NCBI RefSeq assembly: GCF_006345805.1
Contig: NC_042997.1
Span: 125,054,001 to 125,118,000, forward strand
DNA: 64,000 nucleotides
Source of the DNA: Octopus sinensis
Taxonomy: Eukaryota
Direction of reading: 5' to 3'
The notes under the pieces were generated by a model, which did not search any database, had not been told where the DNA came from, and saw only the letters and a program-made list of their open reading frames with translations. Position numbers and translations under genes: made by a program. Positions 12,640-26,268 of the stretch are shown here, piece after piece. Each line of letters starts with the position of its first letter. Position 1 is the first letter of the stretch.

Positions 12640-13140
12640 CATTTACGATAAAAGAAAATATACTATTTTATGGAAAGGTTGAGTAAAAGCACAGAAAAGG
12701 GGAGATTCTGGAGATAATTGTTCAAAGTAGATTACAAGCTTGAAACAGAGAGCCATCAGTAGCTTCCAATCTTTAAGCAATAAAAACGAAAGGCATGGAA
12801 GGAAATATATCTCAGGTTACAACCTTAATGTGTAGCTTGCAAAATATTCTTCCAAAATTGATAACCAGATATTTACTCGCAAAGAGTGGGTCAATTAAAT
12901 TGGACTTTGTATACAAAATATAGATTACAATTCTATGAAATGATACGTGCGTGGTATGAAGAGGTGATGGTACAGCAAGAGGCAATCATAACAATGCCAA
13001 GAACCTTACAAGCAAACAGACTCGGTTTTGAGAAACACAGCAGAAGGCGTTTGTCGATAGAGAAACAAATAAATATTTATTACTGCTATTTATGGATCCC
13101 ACACTATTGACCAACGAGTTTTAGAGAAAATTAAGCACTC
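12640..13140 (+). mobile_element. Possible decayed APE-endonuclease LINE fragment
   Basis: Only weak motif echoes (YTILWKG; ITAIYG). Confidence 0.25.
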
Positions 13141-13193
13141 ATATCAAAGATGAATTCTTGTATATATATATAAGCACTTGCACACGCACATAT

Positions 13194-13236
<43 letters not shown>

Positions 13237-13899
13237 TATATATATATGCATGTATATATGTATATTTAGATCTGCGAAGCTAATAATAGACGGATTATTA
13301 AGATAACTCTTATTGTCAAACATTTACATAGACAAACATTACCGCCATACCTAACTCTACTTTGCTACCCTCTAGTAGTATCCTGTGACTAGCTGAATCG
13401 TTAGACAGTCAGACTAAACACTGTGATGTTTATTTATTGCTTTTGCTTTATTGTCCATCATTTTGGAGTCGATTAAATAATGTGCTAGTACAGTATTGGT
13501 ATAAATTTAACCCCTTTTCCCTAAAAGCATAACTAGGAAATATATCAGAATTCAATATTTTAAAATAAGTACTTCTCTCTGAAGTCTGGAAACCTGAGGA
13601 AACAGGACTTTATACATTTTTCATTATTCAGCAGCAATACTCTGCATATAAGCATAAACAAATAATGATTTCTTGCTTACAACGCCACAGATTTTCAGAG
13701 GTAGCTGTGGTCGATCGAAAGCATTACTGATACAGTTTTTTATCGATTCACGAAGGATGAAAGACAACATTTAGCTCAACCGATCTTGAACTCAGAACAT
13801 AGAAAGGAAAAATAAAATACTGTTTTTCGTTTGGTTCATCAATCTAATATTTCTTCTCCACAATAACAATAATCAAGTAGTTGGTCTATAGGAGAAGAA

Positions 13900-14700
13900 T
13901 CCCACAATTCTAGTGTAATAGTGATAAAGGAGAAGCAGAAAGAAGAGATCACTATTAATGAATATAGATTACATGGTTTAGAATGCAGGGAAATATCAGA
14001 GGAAGAATATAAATGGATTAGGAAAGTTGAAGGAATAAGGAAGAGATACCGACCGAAAAAGATTACAATCATTAAGCGGCAACAAGAACTACTGATTATA
14101 TATAGCAGTGAGAAAAGTTAATGATATTCTGACAAAAATACAAGAAAATATCATTACAGATACCAACGATCTATTATATTGTGAAGCTGTGTATGTCACA
14201 GGAATATTAGGTGCGGAATGTAACACAAAAACATAAGAATTATCGTAGAAAAGAACAAAGACATGTTAGAATAAAGACCTGGAGAACAAGTAGAAAAGGT
14301 CAAAGAAAATCTGCATCAGCCTTCTTCAATTTTAGAAAAGATTATCAGAGAAACGTTTATGTGACATTTCAACAGAACTATAAATAATTTATAAGCAAAA
14401 GGTGTACAGAATGTTATAAAAGAAATTTTAGAGAAAGAAGGCGAGGTGTGAGATAATTGATAGATATAAAAGAAAATCAAATAATGTAAATAGACCAATC
14501 AATTGTTTAGAAACAGTGAAAGAACATTTTATCAACAAGTGCACTTTACTGAAGAATAATAAAACTGTATAACGTATTCAATACGGGCGAGTCCGTATAG
14601 TTATGGGCAGGTGTTATATAGATGAAAACAGATTTAAAATAGGAAATATACTTAACGAAAGCAAATATAATGATTTATAACACTGGAGGAAAGCTATGAG
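13900..14700 (+). mobile_element. Decayed R4/Dong LINE N-terminal fragment
   Basis: KVNDILTKIQENIITDTNDLLYCEAV resembles INELNNLVYAAA; IIDRYKRKSNNVNRPIN resembles RIRRYEKRQRFFEQNKKF of the Dong ORF. Confidence 0.5.
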
Positions 14701-15155
14701 TTACGTCTTTTTTTTTTTAATTGTGTAAAGATGACTAAATGAAAGGTGGTGGTTATTTTATAGACTCAGCCAGAAGGAAAAGAAAATTGAGATTGGTGAG
14801 GTTTGGAAATCTACGGATTCAAGCAACAAAACACTTAAAGAAAAAACAATCTGTACGAAAAAGCAAAAACAGAAAAAACGTTTTAAAAATAATTGTAAAA
14901 GCAAGAAACAAAAAGAAATTTATAAAGAATCAATTCTTGACGAAATTTAATGACGCGGTATAAAATTTCGTGTGTGTTTGTGTATCTTAAGTAATCAGTG
15001 AGTCTATTCTCATGAACGGGTTTCTCTCATCGTATATGCCAACCCCATCATTGCTTTCTAAAACAGTGTCAAATATAGGCCACGCCTGTACTTCTCGGAA
15101 AATTCAGTTGTTTTTATGTATTTCTAGGAGAAATTATTGCAATCTTTTTAACTTA

Positions 15156-15562
15156 GGCGTAGGAGTGGCTGTGTGGTAAGTAGCTTGTTTACCAACCACA
15201 TGGTTCCGAGTTCAGTCCCACTGTGTGACAACTTGGGCACGTGTCTTCTGCTATAGCCTCGCGCCGACCAAAGCCTTGTGAGTGGATTTGGTAGACGGAA
15301 ACTGAAAGAAACCCGTCGTATATATGTATATGGCTATATATATGTGTGTGTATGTATATGTTTGTGTGTCTGTGTTTGTCCCCCCAACATTGCTTGACAA
15401 CCGATGCCGGTGTGTTTACGTCCCCGTAACTTAGTGGTTCCGCAAAAGAAACCGATAGAATAAGTACTAGGCTTACAAAGAATAAGTCATGATGTCGACT
15501 TGCTCGACTAAAGGCGGTGCTCCAGCATGACCACAGTCAAATGACTGAAACAAGTAAAAAAG
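15156..15562 (+). mobile_element. Type-C tRNA-derived SINE, full length
   Basis: ggcgtaggagtggctgtgtggtaag..gagttcagtccc head, CORE-like segment, microsatellite, and 3' part ending actgaaacaagtaaaa. Confidence 0.9.
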
Positions 15563-16389
15563 TAAGGAAAAATGTATTTTTTTTGTTGATTTGTTTCGGT
15601 TAGTCTTTTGCTCACCGATAACAAGGTATGCCTATTATGTGATAAAAAGGCAGAATAAGAGACAATCCTTATAGAGGCATCGAAAAAGAGATATTATATA
15701 TTAGCGTTTATTGCGGAAATTAATGATAGAGTTCATATACGGTGAGATATAACATTTTCATGAAATTCGCCTAACTGATTATTAACAAACAAAAAGGATG
15801 CTTAAGAAGATTACTAAATAGGAGATGTCTTAATATGCGTCACTATTATAGTTCAGGTAATTGCCATGTGAAATAATCGAGTTGTGAGTCCTAATATTTT
15901 CTTTGAAATCTGAACAATTGCTCGTCAGAGCCAGTCCAACGGGTAATATTGTGGTGTTGATTAACCCTAGAACGAAGAGATCTATAAACAAAAATATTCC
16001 GAAAGAATCTACCATTTCTGTTTTGGAAATTAGCTTAGGTCGTTTAATATGTATGCTCCGCGTTTGAAAGTGCAGTATGTGATAGATAGGAGATTCGGTC
16101 ACCCGCTTGAACCTTCAGTCATTTATAAAAGGCCGAGTATTGTGTGATATAATGTAGTATAAATGTTTTAGGCTTTTTCATATGATGCTAAAACAATGCC
16201 AGTTATAAGTAAGTTGAAGCCAACGATAAGCGAGTGGTTTGCACTTTGTACTTTTTTTCCATATCTCGGTGATAAAAGCCTCTATTACAGAAACTAAATC
16301 AGAGAATTGGTGCTTCCGGTGCCACACATGTACACGTATTTCTGCGTAGCTCTCTTCACCTCACATTTATAGACTACATTTCTTGTCTG

Positions 16390-17030
16390 TATGCTTCCAT
16401 TAAATGGAGGCATACAGAGAAGCTCCTTCAAAAATTAGCTCGTCTTTCAAACCATCTAGCGTTCCTGTGTAGATATAGAGACAGAAAAGCTAATGCAACC
16501 TGATTTGAATGTAATGACATCAGTGGATTCATTTAAAGCTCGAAGAGTAGCGGAAAGGGCAGGATATGCCCTCGTCCGTGAGGAGATCCATTAAAAATAA
16601 AACTACATTTCTTATCATGCAGTTGTTCTTAAATCTACATTCCTTTTACGTCTGAAGTTACACCTGCTATTATTTATTTTTTTTGTTGTCTTTCCGTGGA
16701 GTTACAATTGGTGGTCCTCTCTCTTCTTTATCATCAAATATCGTCTGCGAAACCATCTCACATCATTTTCTAATATAAATAAATGGCACTCCACATCTCT
16801 ATCGAACCTTGTATGGAGACTCAAACAGAATAGGGTGGAACAGACGACTCACTGGCCCATTATATAAAAAATACTGCACCATATAACGGAACATCACGGG
16901 GAATGCAACCTATGCCTAGAAGAAACCCGAGAAATATTTACATTCAGAGAAAACATGATAAATAGAAACTCTGAGGCTATCGTATCATGTAAACGTAAAA
17001 ACAAACATTTCCGGAGTTTAAAAAATATTT
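16390..17030 (+). mobile_element. Internally deleted Penelope-like element remnant (N-terminal piece and GIY-YIG C-terminal piece)
   Basis: EKLLQKLARLSNHLAFLCR matches the PLE N-terminal NH..FL.RC motif; TSLSNLVWRLKQ..HWPII..APYNG..CLEE..MINRNSEAIVSCKRKNK matches the PLE C-terminal T.LS..IW.LK..W.I..Y..CL.E..LN.RSE..C.H.NK pattern. Confidence 0.65.
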
Positions 17031-17583
17031 TGAAACGAATTAACACATTATAGAATAGCGAAGGAACCCAAACAAATATACAAACTGACTAATATTTGAG
17101 ATATTATACACAATACCACCAGAAACAATGAAAATGTCAAAGGTCACCATTAGAAGGTAGCATTTATCAATTCAGTCAACAAACCCCACTGAATAAATAA
17201 TTTTCAGTTTCTTTTTTTTAACATTCCAAATGATCCTACAATCCCTAGTATTGTAACCGCCTCGAAATACCTTTTTTTCTCCAATTACTGTGGGCTTTTT
17301 TTAAATGTTGTTTAGTTTCGACATTTGTCTTGGAGGAGGTAGCAGGAGAAAGAGAAGCAGCTTGGTGAATAGACAAAGTTCCACAGGTCTATAAATAGGT
17401 TTGGTAGATGATGAGAAGATCAACAAAGGGGCTTCGCATACCTGTACGATCATGAGACAAAAGAAGCGCCAAACCCTTGCGGTCAGTAGAGGTCAAAAGT
17501 GTTTACTACTACCAGTGATCAATGAGAGCGTTGACCTTGGCCTTGGAAAGAACAAATTCACCTTGTTCTGTTTTTAATTACTG

Positions 17584-17587
<4 letters not shown>

Positions 17588-17652
<65 letters not shown>

Positions 17653-17833
17653 GAAGAAGAAGAAGAAGAAGAAGGAGAAGGAGGAGGAGGAGGAGGAGAA
17701 GAAGAAGGGGGAGAAGGAGAAGAAGAAGAAGAAGAAGAAGAAGAAGAAGAAGAAGAAGAAGAAGAAGAAGAAGAAGAAAAGAAGAAGAAAAAGAAGAAGA
17801 AGAAGAAGAAGAAGAAGAAGAAGAAGAAGAAGA
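17588..17833. repeat. Compound (TAA)n-(GAA)n-(GGA)n-(GAA)n microsatellite
   Basis: Direct reading of the sequence. Confidence 0.95.
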
Positions 17834-18062
17834 TATTTATACTGATGTTTACATCGTTGAACCTTTGAATTTTTTGAATTTCTTTTTTGATTTTTTTAAA
17901 AATTCTCTCTATAGGTTTTGCTGTGGTTTACAGCTGTCGTATTTGTACAATATGTATATATTGGCAGGTGCTTATCTTTTTAATTTTCATCATGCGTTTA
18001 ATTTATTGCAATAAAAGGTATGTTTACATATTCGAGTAGTCAGGAAGAATATCATTATTATT

Positions 18063-21000
18063 CAGTAGTTTTATTTTTTATAGCGTGCTTTCACTTCACT
18101 ACCGAGCGCAGCTCTGTGTGCCTTGGGTATGTGCTGTGATTTGTTGTGATCTCTGATGGTTATTGTATGGAAAGTGTTCTGCGTAGGATGTGTGCAGTGC
18201 CTAGTAGTGCAATTTTCTGTATGTTATATGTGTTTGTAAGTCCTGGTGTTTTTATTATGTATTTGTCTGAATATTTTTTTATCATGCCTAATGCCCCTAC
18301 TATGATGGGAATTGTTTCTCTTTTTAGATTCCACATTCTGGTTACCTCAATTTCCAGGTTTTGTATCTTGAAAGTTTCTCCATTTCTTTTAGAGACACGT
18401 TGTCAGCTGCCAGTATTGATACATCAATTAGAAAGCATTTTTTCCTTCATGATCTCTGACAACTATATCTGGTCTGTTGGCCTTAATTTCTCTATCTGTG
18501 TGTATCGGCATATCCCAGAGTATGGTTGCTTTCTCATTTTCTGTGACCTTTTCTGGTGTGTGCCTATACCATCTTTTTTCTGTTGTTATTCCATAATGTT
18601 GGCATAGCTTCCAGTGTATGTAGGTTCCAACTCTGTCGTGCCTGTGAATATATTCCTTCTCAGCCAGGACTGGGCAGCCCGAGATAATATGATTTATTGT
18701 TTCTTGTCCATCTCCACATATTCTGCAGTTACTTGTTATATTTCTTTTCATTACATGTTTTTTGTAATTTCTGGTGGGGAGGCTTTGGTTTTGTGCTGGA
18801 ATTAAAAATCCCTCTGTCTCTGCTTTGAGTCCTGAGCTTCTCAACCATTGCTGGGATTTTTCTTTGTCTATTTCTTTTGCATTTAGTTTAGTCCAGTATT
18901 TACCGTGGAGGGGTTTTTCTTGCCATCGTTTTATCATGGTTCTTTGCTGTTCTAGTTTTAGTTTGGATTTCATTTGTTTTATAGCTTTTGTTGTTTCTTC
19001 ATCTTCTTCTTCTTCTTCTTCTTCTTTATATTTGTTAGGTGGTATGATTTCTTGTTTGTATTTGTCAGCTTCCTTAAATACTGAGAACAGTTTTTTGTTT
19101 TGCTCGTGTTTTGCCGCTATTTCTATCAGTTTTCCTTCCTTCTGAAGTAGATATTTTTGCAGTCCTATGGTGGTTATTTTATAGTAGTTTATAGTAATTT
19201 TCCAGCTGTATAAGGCCTCTACCACCTTCTATACGTTGTATATATAGTCTTTCTATGTCAGATTTTGGGTGATACATCCTAGATCCTGTCATTATTTTCC
19301 TTGTTTTCCTATCTATTTTGGTCAGTTCATTTAGTGTCCAGTTAAGGATATTGTAGCTGTAACTTATAACTGGGACAGCTAAAGTGTTAATACCTATTAT
19401 CTTGTTTTTAGCATTGAACTCTGTTTTTAGTATTGATCTAACTCGTCTATAATATTCTTTTTTTATTTTCTCTTTCATTTGTGTGTGTTGTGTCATATCT
19501 AGTTCATGGATTCCTAAGTATTTGTAAGTTTGGCTTTGGTCTAATTCTTTTATTTCATTGGTTTTATCTAGTCTGATGTTGCTACTCTTAACTAGTTTTC
19601 CCCTTTTCATGGTTACTTTGGCGCATTTTTCTAATCCAAATTTCATATCTATTTCTTTGGTAAATCCATGAACTGTCTTTAATAGTGTTTCCAGCTGTTT
19701 GTCATTTGCAGCGTATAGTTTTAGGTCATCCATATATAAAAGGTGGCTGATCGTTTTGCCGTAACATTTATATCCGCATCCAGTTCTATTTAGCATATCA
19801 GATAGAGGTGACAGTGCCAAGCAGAAAAGGAGTGGAGAGAGCGTGTCTCCCTGGAATATTCCTCTTCTAATGGGGATGGCTTTTGTTTTCATGAGTCCCT
19901 CTTTTGTTTGGAGCTGTAGCACTGTTTGCCATTTATTCATAGAGTGCCCAATGAATTTTATAATTGTTGGTGCTACTTTGTTAATGGCTAGTGTTTCGAG
20001 GATCCATGTGTGGGGGATGCTATCAAACGCCATTTTGTAGTCAATCCAGGCCATACTGAAGCCTTTCTTCTTTCTGTGGCTGTCTTCAGTTATGGCTTTA
20101 TTAATCATTAGTTGATCTTTACAGCCGTATGAGCCTTTGCGGCATCCTTTCTGCTCTTCTAGAAACAGGTTGTTTTCGTCTAGGTGCTTGTTCAACCTTT
20201 GCGATATCACTGCAGTAAATGCCTTGTACATCGTAGGGAGACAGGTTATTGGTCTGTAGTTTTCTGGTTTTGCTGTCTCATTTGATTTGGGAATTAAGAT
20301 GGTTTTCCCCTTCGTGAGCCATTCAGGCATTGTTTCTGGCTCTGCTAGTATGTTGTTAAAATTTTCAGCCAGCTTTTTGTGCATTCCTGTTAGATATTTC
20401 AACCAGAGGTTGAGGATCTTGTCATGCCCAGGTGCCTTCCAGTTGCTTAGTCTTTGCAGTGCCTTGGTGACCTCTTCAGTTGTTATGGGGGTCCAAAGTT
20501 GCTCAGATGCTGAGTTTGTTATTTCAATACTCCTTTCTTTTTGGTTGTTCGTTCGCCGACCATATTTCTCTCCAGAGTTCTTCCACTTCTTCTGCCGTTG
20601 GTGCTGCAGTGATTTCTATTTTATTTTTGCCAAGTTCTTGGTAGAAGTTTTTGTGGTTGGAGTTGAACTTTTTGTTTTGTTCAAAGAAGCGCTGGCGTTT
20701 CTCGGATCCTTTGTGCTTTGGCAAGGATATCTTGCTTTAGCTTTTCTTTTATCTCAGATAAATCTTTTTGTGTGATGTTGTATTTGCGGAGTATTTTTGT
20801 TTTCTTTTTGTTGCTCAGTAGCGTTGATTGTCTACTGATTTCATTAAGAATCAACAGATCTTTTCTTATTTTTTGTATTTTGTTTTGGATGTTATTTTTC
20901 CACAGGGTTTGTTTGGGTGGTGGTACTCCTGTTTGGACGGATTTGAGTGAGTATCCAGCTTCTTTTGTGGCTGCAGTGGCTGCTGCGTATACTAAGTTAT

Positions 21001-22092
21001 TTAGCTCATTGATATCGCTTTTTGTTTCAGTGTCTATTAGTTCCGTGACGGCTAGGTTAATGCTGTTTATAATTGGTGTTGTTGTTTCGTCTATTCTGAT
21101 TTTTGGGAGGTATGGTCGGTGGTCCATTTTGAGCTCTGTGGTTTTTAGTTCTTTGATTATTTTACTTTTTATATTATCATATTCATCAGGCTCCCCTTCA
21201 TTGTTTCCAGGTTTTAGATTTGTGTCGTTTTCTTTCTTATTTGTATGTTTGTTTGTCGTGTTGGGAGTGCTACATATGTCTTCGTGTTTTACTGTTTCAG
21301 TGTTTATATTATTGGGCATTGTTGTCTGGCTTCTATCTACATTTTCCTGATGTATTTTTTTCTTTTAGATGTTCTATTTCTATTTCTGATATTTTTTTTA
21401 CGTTGAGAATATATCTCCGTATATTTGCTAGTTTGTTAGGGTTCATTGCTATATCCAAGTCTATATTTATGTTGTTTTCCTTCCATATTTTATATGTATG
21501 TGTTGTGTTTTCATTCTTTGGGTAGAGCACTGCTGTAAAATAGGCATGTAGGATAGAAATGTATTCCTCACGTGTCCATTTATGTCTTTTGGGTTTTATT
21601 TGCGGGACATAAGGAACAACGTCCGGCCCATTATTTTGACGGTCGTCATTTTCGTAGGGTATCGGTCCGTTCATTTCTGTTGTCACATTGTTTTGCACGT
21701 GTAGTTTTTCGTACATTTTATGTTGTAAGTTTAATGTACGTACTTCCCGATTGCTATTCTTGGGTTGAATAATATCGGTGTTATTTAATTTCTTCGTAGT
21801 TTTTTTGTACATAATGTTTGGGGTCGGAGATGATCTGGTGTTGATGGGTCGTAATGTACCGCGCATGTTTACATGTGTTGTGTTCGAGGTGGAGATGATA
21901 TCGAGTTAAAATACATCATTTCGTTTCGAAAATAGTAATAAATTTCAATGGGTATCACTTACTCAGATATAGTCCAATCCTTTGTTAGTAAATTTTTGGC
22001 TCCATACGATGTCTTTGTATTCGATGTTTGTGGATAGATTTCGGAGCGCTGTTTTAACGCTCTCACATGTTTAACGTCCCCGGTGTAATCTC
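18063..22092 (-). mobile_element. Full-length R4/Dong LINE, family 1 (~4030 bp), single ORF broken by several frameshifts
   Basis: ORF pieces 21333-21866 (KRHKWTREEY N-terminal motif), 20681-21319, 20524-20724, 19179-20402 (YMDD RT) and 18428-19225 (CCHC, RPDIV); stop at about 18160; ~230-nt 5' UTR; (TAT)n at both ends; 10-bp duplication near 19190. Confidence 0.95.
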
Positions 22093-22117
22093 ATTATTAT
22101 TATTATTATTATTATTA

Positions 22118-22154
<37 letters not shown>

Positions 22155-22249
22155 TTATTATTATTATTATTATAAATAGATAGATAGATAGATATGTGTG
22201 TAAACGTATGCATGTATATGTATATGTAGTGCATATGATCCCTCGGTAG

Positions 22250-22920
22250 CATTTTGCCTGTATTATAGCTCTATTTTAAGGTTGTGCAAATGTGCATATC
22301 TGCACCTCACTGTGAGTAAGATATTCATCTTCTGTAATGTCGGCAACCAACTATTTCATCCTTAATTGTACGGTTTTTACGTGTAGTCTTCCCTAGGTAG
22401 TAAATATCTTATTCTTAATGAGATATCTTGTTACTTGAGTTGAGAGATTCTGGACTTTTATTGAAGATTTCTAAGTGAAATAGCATATTTACATAGACAT
22501 TTGGAATTCCAGTTTCAGAGGGTTGAAATTCTAGTTAGCTTTTAACTACTTCTGAAGAAATTTCTGTTCAGATTTTCAGAGTAATTGCACATAGGGTTAA
22601 TTTCATAGTTCGCAGCCAATTGTACGTGGTTCTACTATATTTCCTGCTACAGGTTCCTTAAAAGATTCGTTTCGGTGAGCAATGATTAACACAGTGTTGA
22701 GGCAAGGGTTCTGAAGAAAATTTAACGATTTGGATTCATAAGTTTCTTCTGCTTAATTTTATTCTATTGACACTTCCAAATTCTTTGCTGATTTACTTCA
22801 TTTGTAGCTTTAATTTGCCAAAAAATAGTTCTATTTTACCTTTCAAAATAATAACTCCTATTTAACCTTGCATTCATAATTGTTAGATAGGAACAATGCT
22901 ATTGTCCATAATTGAGTCTA
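22250..22920 (-). mobile_element. Very old R4/Dong-like fragment
   Basis: Weak echoes of the KCAKVTMKRGK, WLRSS and CRIC motifs in the expected order. Confidence 0.3.
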
Positions 22921-23136
22921 TGTTTTTAAGTGACATAATTTCAAAAGTTGACTGTGTTCCATTTGTCCCACGAATACCAGTAAAATACTGAGATCAGTTG
23001 CCTGAGCTTAAAGATCCGAGCTAAATTACTTAACGTAGACAGCCGAACAACTCTAATTAATGACATTTACGCCCGTGATTAAGAGAAATGATAATTTTCT
23101 TTAAAAATAAATGAATTGAATTAATTAGAAACAGGA

Positions 23137-23604
23137 AATGAATGTGGAGTTTTAGTGCGAATAAAGCCGTCTGTAACCAGTGAGTTTAGAAGTACCACTC
23201 CATATATCCCTCACGTGATATCCTTTTGTCTTAAAAAATAAAATAGTATTTATTGGATGTAAATAAAAATTATGTAGACGGGATTGGATTATAGCCTACA
23301 TCTGAGAAAAATAATTCAATGTCTGGAAATAAAAGGGACTGAGACGTCTAGAATTCTCTTAACTATGGATTTTCTCGTTTAGTTTTGAGCTAAGATTAAG
23401 CTCCTGGAGCAAAAGTAGAAAAAATAAAATTGGTTTCAAATTTTTGCACAAGGACATCAAATACATCGACCTTGGTACTCAACTTGTACGTATTTTATCG
23501 ATCCTGCAAGGATGAAGCAAAGTCGACTTGCGCGGTATTTGAACGCAGAAAGTAAAAACGGACGAAATGCCGCTAGGCATTTTGCCCGGTGTGCTAACGA
23601 TTAT
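23137..23604. repeat. Left arm of a ~470-bp inverted duplication (includes part of a type-M SINE)
   Basis: Reverse complement of 24957-25431, with few substitutions and one 7-nt indel. Confidence 0.9.
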
Positions 23605-24734
23605 GGCAGATTAGTTGCAATAATAATATTGTAGGCTTAAGAGTGAGTATAATATCGGCATTATGGTGATAACTTGGTACATGTTTCACTTTAAAGAGAC
23701 GTCTTCGGTGAAATATTTTATTCAGCAGTAGTGTCAGACTATTTTCAGGAATTTTCTTTCAGTAAATCCGTGGTGCAATATTGTAATATATAATCCTGTG
23801 TTCGATAAAAATCTTCTCACAGTTAACAGATTGATGATTCTACTTGCTATTTCTTCCCCTAAACTCTTCAATCATTTGTAGATAATGTATATTTTACATA
23901 CTAGCCATTACTATCGAACCACATGAAGTTTATAGATTTAACTTATCTTCTTCTCGACTGCGATTCGGGTCACACTGAGAGCAAACAAAACGAACGGAAA
24001 GAATAGAATTAGGATTCACTTCAACTCGCCGAGATGATATTACGTTTGTGGTTTGTTGCGATTAGAAGCAGATTTATCAACGGGAATTAATAGCAGTGAA
24101 CTGACATGTCAATAAATACTACTACGTTTCGCGAAAACGAAGAAATTTATAATTTGATGATAGTGAGCTATGTAAAAGAACATTCCGTGATTTTAGGTAT
24201 AGATCCTCATTGTAAGTTGTGATATTGCTTGTAATGGCTTCGTTCTAAAGACACAAAATTGACGTATTTGATTCACTTAGAATTCTTCCACGTTTCTGTT
24301 CTATATTTCATTTATTGTCGTGTTGTAGTTGATTTTATAACAGCAAACCACGAAAGTAATTCATCAAATTCCAATTTTTAATTAAATATGTTTCTTGTCT
24401 CTCTTCTTTTCGAAGCAGTTAACTGGGTCAGAATGAGACCTGTGTCTTGACGAGAGCACAACACAATGTTAATGACAGAAATAAGAACTGTTGAAATATA
24501 TACATTAACCATTTTCCACTGGTACTGATTCAGTATATTCACGGAATGCGAAAGGTACTAATGCACTGAAACCAAGGATTTACAATGTGGACACTCAACA
24601 TCAACAACGTCTATCTCCAACGCCAGTCGGACCAACTTGCCATAACAATTGTCATATCGATTGGAGCGATGAAATATTAAGCGAGGATTTAAAAAGACCA
24701 TCACGCTGAGTCAGATGTCACTAGCTTTTTAAAT

Positions 24735-24942
24735 ATTAATATTAGATTCACATGACTAGCAATTTCGGCGGAGGGGCCTAGTCGATTAGATCGACCCCAG
24801 AGTTCAGCTGGTACTTTTTTTATCGATCCCTAAAAGGATGAAAGCAAATGCGATCTCGGTGGAATTTGGACACAGAAAGTAAAGACGGATGAAATGCTGT
24901 TAAGCATTTTTCCCGGCGTGCTAACGATTTTGCCAGCTCAGT
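24735..24942 (-). mobile_element. Type-M SINE
   Basis: Core aggatgaaagcaaatgcgatctcggtggaattt; head ..gctaacgattttgccagctc. Confidence 0.8.
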
Positions 24943-24956
24943 GAGATTTAAAAAAT

Positions 24957-25431
24957 ATAATCGTTAGCACACCGGGCAAAATGCCTAGCGGCATTTCGTC
25001 CGTTTTTACTTTCTGCGTTCAAATACCGCGCTAGTCGACTTTGCTTCATCCTTTCAGGATCGATAAGATACGTACAAGTTGAGTACTAAGGTCGATGTAT
25101 TTGATGTGCTTGTGCAAAAATTTGAAACCAATTTTATTTTTTCTACTTTTGCTCCAGGAGCTTAATCTTAGCTCAAAACTAAACGAGAAAATCCATAGTT
25201 AAGAGAATTCTAGACGTCTCAGTCCCTTTTATTTCCAGACATTGAATTATTTTTCTCAGATGTAGGCTATAATCCAATCCCGTCTACATAATTTTTATTT
25301 ACATCCAATAAATACTATTTTATTTTTTAAGACAAAAGGATATGACGTGAGGGATATATGGAGTGGTACTTCTAAACGGTCAACTCACTGGTTACAGACG
25401 GCTTTATTCACACTAAAACTCCACATTCATT
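24957..25431. repeat. Right arm of the inverted duplication
   Basis: See left arm at 23137-23604. Confidence 0.9.
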
Positions 25432-25696
25432 GTTGCCTTTCTTTAAAAGAACCCCAGTAATTAGTACTCCATTCTTTCTTAAATAGAATATCCAGCCCTG
25501 CTGCTTTACTTGATAAGCAAAGTAAGAAAAACTGAAACCAAGAATACAACAATGCATTCGTAAATTCTTCAGATACGTTTGATGCGGGTCGTTTTCAAAC
25601 ACTGATTGAATGATAAAAATACGGGTTAGATAACAATAACGGGCTAATGTTAATAAACGGCAGATAACCAAATCTGGTTGAGAACAGAAGTAGAGT

Positions 25697-26268
25697 GGAG
25701 GCAAAATGGCCCAGTGGTAAGAAGGCTGTCTTGATTCCCAGACCGGGCATTGTGAGTGTTTATTGACAAAAAACACTCAAGCTCCACGAGGCTCCGGCAA
25801 AACCCGCTGTACAGTGAACCCCGCTGTACTCTTTCACTAAAACTTTCGCTCACTCTTTCTTCCTACTTCTGGCACAAAGCAGAGGAACCATGATGTAACC
25901 CACTATGGTGTGGTAAACTTTCAGACCCTAGTCTAGATTGCGAATCCTCTGTACCCCAGGATAGTTCATCTCCCCACCCGTTAAAAAAAGCCACCGTTTA
26001 CGGAATGAGGATAACAACGCGTGTGGTGGGTGGATCTTCAAGTTGCCACACGCATTCTTAGTAGCTTAGAGTAGGCTCGAATTAGAGGTTATACTTTGTG
26101 GCTAATGGCGTCAGTCCTGATTAGAAGAAGAAGAAGAAGAAGAAGAAGAAGAAGAAGAAGAAGAAGAAGAAGAAGAGAAGAAGAAGAAGAAGAAGAAGAA
26201 GAAGAAGAAGGAGGAGGAGGAGAAGAAGAAGAAGAAGAAGAAGAAGAAGAAGAAGAAGAAGAAGAAGA
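25697..26268 (+). mobile_element. tRNA-headed SINE, type R, with (GAA)n tail (RTE-like 3' end)
   Basis: Matches the copy at 57811-58325; head ggaggcaaaatggcccagtggt..gattcccagaccgggc. Confidence 0.85.

Noticed and set aside
17330-17570. Possible exon or endonuclease fragment on the minus strand
   Set aside because: Multiple stops, and motif order inconsistent with APE.
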